NCBI GenBank assembly: GCA_951406725.2
Contig: OX597822.1
Coordinates: 60,512,001 to 60,576,000, forward strand
Reading direction: 5' to 3'
Length of the DNA: 64,000 nt
Source: Octopus vulgaris
Lineage: Eukaryota
In this document: positions 56,021 through 64,000 of the stretch, in pieces
Layout: each line of letters begins with the position of its first letter
Position numbering within the stretch: position 1 is the stretch's first letter
The notes under the pieces: generated by a model
What the model was told of the DNA's origin: nothing
Databases searched by the model: none
The model's input: the letters and a program-made list of their open reading frames with translations, nothing else
Program-made: the position numbers and the translations under genes

Positions 56021-57759
56021 TGATAGAGCAGCTCTATCAATAAATGTAACAGAATGATGGCGCAGGATGATTATAGCCCATTAATCTAATCTAAGATTTA
56101 CGTATTGTTTTGTTCTTATTTTTTTTTGTTTTGCTTTTGTTAAGTTTGTTGATGTTTATCCAAATCGGCCTTGATTGAACAGATATATGGCTAAAGGTCT
56201 TCCAGTAATGATCATCCAATCTTTTTGCATTGATACATAGTATCTAGAACTGCATTTTTCAAAGTACCTTTCCTTTTCTCATGTAGTAGAATGCATGTGT
56301 TTTGAGTGAGACTTGGTTATCATTTTAGTAGTTCGAATAATTGTGAAATATCCTTCACTGATACGTTTTCTCATTTGTACTAACCGCCTTTCTTTATGGC
56401 ATAGTTATTTCTAATTAGCTTATATTGTCATTAAACTTAGTTATTCTAATTTGTTGTTATTTAGCTGTAGGTCAACACTGACCGAGGAGACCTAAGATCA
56501 AAGGCATTTCAGTCTTGATTAAAAAAAAGCGTCTTTCCAGGGATGTGTCTAGGATTATTTCATCCAATGTATGTTTTCTTAATCTAAGCCAGTAGGCTGT
56601 GATATGAGGGATATATGGCTACAATTTCGATCATGCAGAATGATCACGTAAATGATCCTCCATTGCCTCATACTGTAATTTGTAGTTGACCAAGGTGATT
56701 ATATTATATTTTTATCAGTCATTGATTGATACTAGGCTGTACAGTAGAATTTATTCGATTTAGCAAACTTCGGGGTTTAATTAGTACTTATTTTATGACC
56801 AAAGGAGACGCAAAGAAAAATTGACATTTAAACTCATGTAGAATTTCAACACAGAATGTAGAAGGTGTAACTAAATGCTGTAATGTATTCAGTTCTACGT
56901 ACAACAATATATTGTACTCACCTGTCTTTTCTTCACTTTTTTAATTACAAAAGCGAGTGAAGTAACGCCGTGAGAAAATTCTGATTTGAAATTCTAATGT
57001 AATGTGACAAACTTCGTTATTTTCTGCCATCTTCTCTGTCTAAATTATTATACATAACTTGCGCCTATAAAAGATAAGGACGCAAAGTAAAAACAGCAAA
57101 GAAGGAAAAGAAGCCCAGAAAATTATTGATTGTTTTAAAATATTAGATGATACTGCACATGGTACAGAGCGAGAATGTTCTAATATCGCTCTAGAAAAAT
57201 GTTGATTGATGTTACTGTTATTGTTATTGTTGTTGTCGTCGTCGTTGTCATCGCTGTTGCTGTTGTTGTTGTTGTTGTTGCTGCTGCTGCTGTTGCTGCT
57301 GCTGCTGTTGCTGCTGCTGCTGTTGCTGCTGCTATAATCTCTAACGTAAGTTTTTTTTATTGTGTTATTCCTCATTGCGTCGCTGTGTATTAGATCATTC
57401 TTTATCGAGTCATTCCCCATTCTGTCATTCCCGACAGATTACTTCCCATCGTGTCTTTCTCACTAGGTCATTATTTAGGTCATTTTTCATTCGAACTCTC
57501 TTAGGTCATTCTTTGTTGAGTCAATCTTTGAGAAATTCCATAGAATCAAACTTCAAAGGGTCACTCGTCATCTGAAACTTTCCTTATTGGGATCTTCGTC
57601 TTTGAGTAATTCTTCACTGTCATTCTCCCCAATAGTTCATTCTTAACTCTGTCAATCTCCGTTATGCCACCCTTCACTGCATCATTCTTTAAAGTTAAAA
57701 CGTTCACCTTGCTGTCTCACAATACACTTTCTACGGCAACATTTTCCCTCATTTTTCAG

Positions 57760-57954
57760 AGAGTGCGTCTTCTAAACAAAAGATGCCACGACCGATACTG
57801 CCCCCTATTACACATAAGGGACAAGAGCGATATGAATGGAAATGTTTACACGACTCTTACATGTGGACGCTAGCTCGTACGTACAGTGTAAAAGACATGA
57901 GAAGATGCATTCGTAATCGTTACATGGATATTTTACTACGTGAAGGCAGTAAAG
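57760..57954 (+). CDS. Coding exon of a spliced host gene, FAM216-like domain region
   Basis: Acceptor tttccctcatttttcag| and donor aaag|gtaaga, phase 1 to 1. The open frame reads SASSKQKMPRPILPPITHKGQERYEWKCLHDSYMWTLARTYSVKDMRRCIRNRYMDILLREGSK. The segment YMWTLARTYS..MRRCIRNRYMDIL resembles the FAM216A/B motif as recalled; no search was run. Confidence 0.75.
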
Positions 57955-58814
57955 GTAAGACTCTGATGACAAATAGACGGTAAGAAAATATCATGGCGCG
58001 GAATTCATTGCAACTCTTATTTTAGATTTAAAAGTCAATGTTTCTTATGATGTCTTCTAAATATTTATTTCGTTATTGCCCACAAGGGGCTAAACATAGA
58101 GAGGGCAGACAAAGTGATTAAGTGATTACATTGACCCCAGTGCGTAACTGATACTTATTTAATCGACCATGAAAGACTGAAAGGCAAAGTCGACCTCGGC
58201 GGAAATGTTTTCTAAATATCGTAACATTAAAGATGATTGCACCACCTCTAAAAGACCTGGAGTAGAAATTTACCAAGCTCAAATACATCTGTCCCTCCTC
58301 TGAATTTCAGCTTACTGATAATAGAAAATAGAAATCAGTAATTCTAATTTTAAAATTACCCATTTAATAATCACCTAATCACCATTTTAAATTGTACTAA
58401 TAAAGCAAAATGTATTACTTTCTTTCTTATATTTGATAAGAGGAAAGTTTCCCGAAATATAATTGAAGTTATGTACGTAGAGTATAGTGCAGACATTAGA
58501 GCATGTAATGTCTGTCACTCAGTAAAACGCTACGTCATGGCTACAATCTTTTGTCTTGAAAGTGAGTTCGCCGAAGCTTTACAATACAATGTTCATCATC
58601 ATCATCATCATCATGCAGAATGTGGAGTACACTCATCCTCTAGTTAAGGCCATTACTATAACTTCGACTCTACTTAGCCTATTGGAACTCATTCCCCCAA
58701 TAAAGTAGAGAAGTTGAAACTGTAAGGTAGCTGAAATACGTCAATTTTGCTATACTTCTGCTTCTTAAAGCTATATGACTCCTATCATTTGATATTACTT
58801 TACAACTGTAACTT

Positions 58815-59072
58815 CAAAAATAAATGCGCCCTTTTAAAGCCTAGCCAGGATCATGGGCCCGGTTTCCTGGTTTCTATGGCGTATGTGTTCCCCAGCTGGA
58901 CGGGACGCCAGTCCATCGCGGCGTTACTCATTTTTGCCAGCTGAGTGGACTGGAGCAACGTGAAATGAAGTGTTTTGCTCAAGAACACAACGCGTCGCCC
59001 GGTCCAGGAATCGAAGACACAATCTTACGATCATGGTGATGACACCCTAAGCACTAAGCCACGCGCCTCCAC
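58815..59072 (-). mobile_element. Chimeric SINE (family C head/body plus family D tail) with 13-bp TSD, intronic
   Basis: TSD acaactgtaactt at 58802-58814 and 59073-59085. Confidence 0.85.
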
Positions 59073-59538
59073 ACAACTGTAACTTACATAACTTAAAATC
59101 AATTGCCATAGCCTGAGACACAAAATTAGTGATGATGATTGCGTATGAACTATTAATATTTCGACCTAAAACTTTTTACAATATTGACAACACGTCAGAA
59201 TGGCCTGCTGAAAACATCACTTTTTATCCGAACTTTCGAATTACTTTCTTTCTTATATCTATAAGAGGAAATTTTCCCGAAATATAATTGAAACATTAAA
59301 CAACCTATGTAAACTAATACAGTATCTTGTCTTTGTTTTTACTAATAGATATTGCCTTATATATTTTGCTTACACTTACATAGCTTAAAAGGTTTTCTTG
59401 TTAATATTTATATCATTTACACATTACAATACTACAAACAAATTATAATTCTCTCTTATATAGTATTGATATGGTGAGTTCTATCTGTCACCAAAAGAAT
59501 AAGTGTAATTAAAACTCATTGTTTCCACTGTCTTCTAG

Positions 59539-59740
59539 GCTTCCATTCTCCACACACTATCCAAGCCTATGCAGGTTCTATATCCGCCGCTCTTTATAAA
59601 GATTCAAGAATGATCGAAAAGAGTAAAACTCCAGACAAATTCGATATTTTATTCAAGAGAAAATCGAAATCTCATTCTACAGATACAGAAGGTGGTGCTA
59701 CTTCAGACAATAATAATTATTCTAAGTTAAACTCATCGCA
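59539..59740 (+). CDS. Coding exon of the same gene
   Basis: Acceptor gtttccactgtcttctag| and donor gca|gtacgt, phase 1 to 2, matching both neighbouring exons. Translation: GFHSPHTIQAYAGSISAALYKDSRMIEKSKTPDKFDILFKRKSKSHSTDTEGGATSDNNNYSKLNSS. Confidence 0.75.
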
Positions 59741-60511
59741 GTACGTACCGTTATTTGTCTTTGGCTTTCTTCTCGTTTATATTTTGACCCAGGTTAGGCT
59801 TCACTCACTAAGCCTATGATCAAATGTGTTCTAGCTATGACTACACTGTCTTTTATACAGATATAATGCATTTAGCTCAACAGAATCTAATTTGTTCAAG
59901 GGTGATGCTTATTAATAAACCCAGGCAAGTCCATGACCAGAAGTGTTCCAGTCGTGACTACCCTGTTTGTTTGTTTGTTTTCGTATTCATTATTCAAAAC
60001 AGTTAAGTGATTTGTGGGAGTTTGAGCTGCCAATTACAAGAGATCGAGTAACTGCATAAAGGATCCTTTGTCGGACAGGAAGTGATGTGAAACGACTGGG
60101 ATGCTATTTTTGGCAGATCGAGTACATTAATAGACTCTCAAACACCCACATTCTCTCATAGACATGCATGCTTGTATGTATGTATGTATGTATGTATGTA
60201 TGTATGTATGTATGTGTGTGTATGTATGTATGTATGTATGTATGATTTTCAAAAGTAAAATAATCTGGAGGGACGTAGCACCAAGCCGTACGTGTCTAAA
60301 GTTTAAGGTACTACTTAATTGGTTAAAGTGTAGATTATATACTTCTATCCTTACACTATTGTCATTCTCTCCACCTCACTCTCAACCTAACGCATTAGCT
60401 TACACCTTGAAGAATATATAACAACGGCGCTATCCATAGTTTAAAAGCTTTGTTTATAAACTGCCGTAGAATAGTATGCAGTTAGCAGCCTCTCACATCT
60501 TCTAGTAGATT

Positions 60512-60813
60512 TTTTTCTCGCCCTTTTCAAGCCTAGCCAGGCTCATGGGCCCGGTTTCCGTGGCGTATATGTTCCCCCCAGCTGGACGGGACGCCAGTCC
60601 ATTGCAGTGTTACACAAGACACAGGAAGAGAGAATGAGAGAAAGTTGTGGCGAAAGATTACAACAGGGGTCACCACCACCCCCTGCCGGAGCATCGTGGA
60701 GCTTTTAGGTGTTTTCGCTCAATAAACACACACAACGCCCGGTCTGGGAATCAAAACCGCGACCCTCCGACCGCGAGTCCGCTGCCTTAACCACTCGGCC
60801 ATTGCGTCTCCAC
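60512..60813 (-). mobile_element. SINE family D with 11-bp TSD, intronic
   Basis: Reverse complement of the 19196 copy; TSD tctagtagatt at 60501-60511 and 60814-60824. Confidence 0.88.
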
Positions 60814-61420
60814 TCTAGTAGATTAGCTGTGAGTATTTTTTATGTTGTCTTTTTGATATCAATTTAGTATTTTTGGTATCGGGATTTCTCATAACAGTAT
60901 GGTTCATTAACAGCTACATGTATTGTCAACCACTTACCTCGAGATAATTTATACATATCTGTTTCCATTTTAAAATGTATCTATAAAAGTTTTACTTGAA
61001 TATTGCGAACCTTTGCTGATCAACTAGACAGTTTTGGGAGGGATTGTGTGATCTAGAATACTTTTTAATGTATACTATAGTAGCAACAGCAGCAGGTCCC
61101 TAGAGCAGCACTTCAATCTCTTTGTAAAGATCAGCAACGAAACAGACTGAAGTATAGGCTTAGGTCTCCCGTGATATTAAATGTATGGAGGTCATTATAT
61201 GGGATCAATCAGAAATTTGGATGCCTACCATTTGAAACAGCAGTATTAACTACAGATTTTCATGACCATAGGGTACAAAACCGTTGCCATGATATGTACA
61301 GTGTTATGATTTCGTCGTCGTCGTTATGATGAAGAAGATGTTTGTCTGTCTCCATTGATAGATATCTCTCCACATAGAAGTAAAAGGTGACTGTACGTGT
61401 ACGTACAGGATTATATATAT

Positions 61421-61593
61421 AGGCGCAGGAGTGGCTGTGTGGTAAGTAGCTTGCTTACCAGCCACATGGTTCCGGGTTCATTCCCACTGCGTGGCACCTT
61501 GGGCAAGTGTCTTCTACTATAGCCTCGGGCCAACCAAAGCCTTGTGAGTGGATTTGGTAGACGGAAACTGAAAGAAGCCCGTTGTATATATGC

Positions 61594-61640
<47 letters not shown>

Positions 61641-61870
61641 TGTGTGTGTATATGTTTGTGTGTTTGTGCCCCCCCCCCCCACCAACATCACTTGACAACC
61701 GATGCAGGTGTGTTTATATCCCCGTAACTTAGCGGTTCGGGAAAAGAGACCGATAGAATACGTACTAGACTTACAAAGAATAAGTCCTGGGGTCGATTTG
61801 CTCGACTAAAGGCGGTGCTCCAGCATGGACGCAGTCAAATGGCTGAAATAAGTAAAAGAGAAAAAAGAGA
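61421..61870 (+). mobile_element. SINE family A, full length, intronic
   Basis: Matches the 32044 copy. Confidence 0.92.
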
Positions 61871-61992
61871 GTATATATATGAGCGGTGAGAATACAGTTA
61901 TTTGCATATAAACTGATATGTTCACATATATACATACGCACAAACGTTTCGTATGTATGTGTGTTATATTTTGACACTTAATTTTCAAGCAG

Positions 61993-62135
61993 GAATTCTA
62001 GTATCGTGCGAACTAATGCCAGGAGACAGATTCCACGAATTAACCAACAACATACAGGAAAAGGGAATTCAGAAACGAATGTTTTGAAACCTAAGCCACT
62101 TGAAAATTGTCCTCCTCCAGAAAAGGGCACTACAG
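61993..62135 (+). CDS. Coding exon of the same gene (tandem NAGNAG acceptor, alternative start 61990)
   Basis: Acceptor ttttcaag|cag| and donor acag|gtacga, phase 2 to 1. Translation: NSSIVRTNARRQIPRINQQHTGKGNSETNVLKPKPLENCPPPEKGTT. Confidence 0.75.
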
Positions 62136-62478
62136 GTACGAACTTTCATAAAATTGTTCCATACATATGCGCGCGCGCCTGTGTGTATGTGAATGTATGT
62201 ATGAATATATGTGTGTGTGTGTCTGTCTGTCTGTCTATCTGGTTTCTATTTGCTTCAATCATTCGAAAGACCCAAATATATTTTAGGTTATGCGTTTCTT
62301 CATACCATACATAAATTTGCTTTTTATTTGTGTTTTTTTTTTAAACCGAACGGGCCTGTATTTCCCTGTGTTTCGCTTCTTGCTCATTTTTTTTTTCGAA
62401 CTTGTTTCATTATCGTCTCCTTTCTCGTGTTTTATTTATTATTGCCTAATTTTTCTTTACGAGTTGCTTACCTTCCAG

Positions 62479-62600
62479 CCTCAATAGCTGTTGATACCGC
62501 TGTTTCAATCAATAATTCAGTCCTAAATTGCATGAAAATTGCAGAAGCAGATTGTTGTACTCAAACAGAACCAAAATATACTAAACTAAAATCACACTGA
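62479..62600 (+). CDS. Terminal coding exon of the same gene
   Basis: Acceptor ttaccttccag| with phase 1 entry. Translation ASIAVDTAVSINNSVLNCMKIAEADCCTQTEPKYTKLKSH ends at TGA 62598-62600. Confidence 0.72.
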
Positions 62601-62815
62601 ACATTTTTTTTTTCTCAAAAAAGAAAATAAGTTATGAATGCAAGGAACATTTGTTGAACGTAAGAGTTTGGTTGCTGATTGTAATTGTTAGTAAAAACAG
62701 TTCACTGTTACTATCTCACAAACAACATTTCCTTCTAAATAGGACATATATCCACATCAATATAATGCCAGTTCAATAACATATCAACTTTAGCCAACGA
62801 TAGCCACTCTATTAG

Positions 62816-63010
62816 GCGGCAAACTGGCAGAATGGTTAGCATGCTGAACGAAATGCTTAGCAGTATTTCGCCTATCGCTACGTTCTGAGTTCAAATTCCG
62901 CCGAGGTCGACTATGCCTTTCATCCTTTCAGGGTCGATAAAATAAGTACCACTGGGGTCGATGTAATCGACTCATCCCAAGCTGCCCTTGTGGCAAAAAT
63001 TTGAAATTAG
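62816..63010 (+). mobile_element. SINE family B with 14-bp TSD, downstream of the stop codon
   Basis: TSD agccactctattag at 62802-62815 and 63011-63024. Confidence 0.88.
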
Positions 63011-64000
63011 AGCCACTCTATTAGCCTGCAATGAGCCTGATCAAAGAAGCAGTTACAACTCTTTTTGTCTCTCGAATTGGAAGAGCAAAAACATGAGCTG
63101 AAATGTATTTTTAATGAAATGTTGCGAGGGAAGATTGAGGCTATTCAAAACCTGCGACTACGAGACTGACCATATTTAACTGAAAAAATTCCAGGGGGTT
63201 TCATTGGCGTTCATTGACAATATAGCTAAGAATATTCTCATTTGTGTGATATTCCTTAAGTTTGACAAATAAACTCATGTTTTTTATACTTTCCACAACT
63301 GCTTAATATTTTAAAAAACTAAGAAAGCAAAAACAATACAATACCATAAAAAGCCAAAATGGATTTGGAAAACGACAAGTTTGTTGATCTACGGAAGGCT
63401 ATCAACTATGTGCTGAAATGTAAACAAATAAATATATATACATAGCTCATCAGCAAAAATTGAAAAAGAGAAAAAATATTTGGACTTAACAGAAAAGTGA
63501 AGCTTTGAATTCAAACTGAAACAATAATTGGCCAATTGAAAGGAAAACTCTGTCATTTGAAGAGCGCAGCCGAAAAAAAATTTTAACAGGAAATTTTGAT
63601 GAAATAAAAGATCGACTCAAAGTTGCGGGGATGGCTGAAAAGATCACAGAAGCGCTTCTCAAGAGGATACATTTAGAATGATCTTATAAAAAAGTTTATC
63701 GAAAATATATGCACAGTTTTTTTATTTTATTAAAATATATTTGGTCTTTGTTAGATTAGAGTTGTTTTATAAAATTACCACATATATATCCTCAAATAGC
63801 TATCACACCCTGTATAGGCACTTAAGCAATTAGCGAAGTCATGATGTGAGCCACCAAAGTGTAATCGCTTGCGAGTAGTGGTCATAATTTGTGTGTGTGT
63901 GTGTGTGTGCACGTGTGTCTGTGTGTGTGTTTGTGTGCACATGTGTATGTGTGTATGTATGTACGTGTGTTTACACATATGGACATATGGAGGCACGTGT

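Noticed and set aside
63050-63780. Protein-like short frames downstream of the gene
   Set aside because: Frequent stops, no recognisable domain and no consistent splice signals.

Overview
AT-rich eukaryotic genomic DNA that is dense in microsatellites and transposon remnants. The tRNA-derived SINE families and the (CATA)n/(GATA)n/(TA)n landscape are typical of an Octopus (coleoid cephalopod) genome; this assignment is an inference. Nearly all ORFs in the track are microsatellite or transposon artefacts. One host gene can be reconstructed on the + strand from four phase-consistent coding exons (57760-57954, 59539-59740, 61990/61993-62135, 62479-62600). It encodes about 220 C-terminal residues with a FAM216-like motif, and its 5' exons are uncertain. 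The rest of the window holds at least four modular SINE families, several Tc1/mariner/pogo elements, non-autonomous Helitron- and Helentron-type elements, fragments of R4/Dong, L1/Tx1, CR1/Jockey-group and Penelope retroelements, and foldback palindromes. Highlights are a complete type I hammerhead ribozyme with a long insertion in stem II (43717-43822), further hammerhead-like motifs in Penelope/retrozyme-like repeats including a recurrent permuted GAAAC-N22-24-CTGANGA motif, and R4-clade LINEs that sit inside (CATA)n or (TAA)n microsatellites. All coordinates were read by eye, so repeat edges may be off by a few bases.
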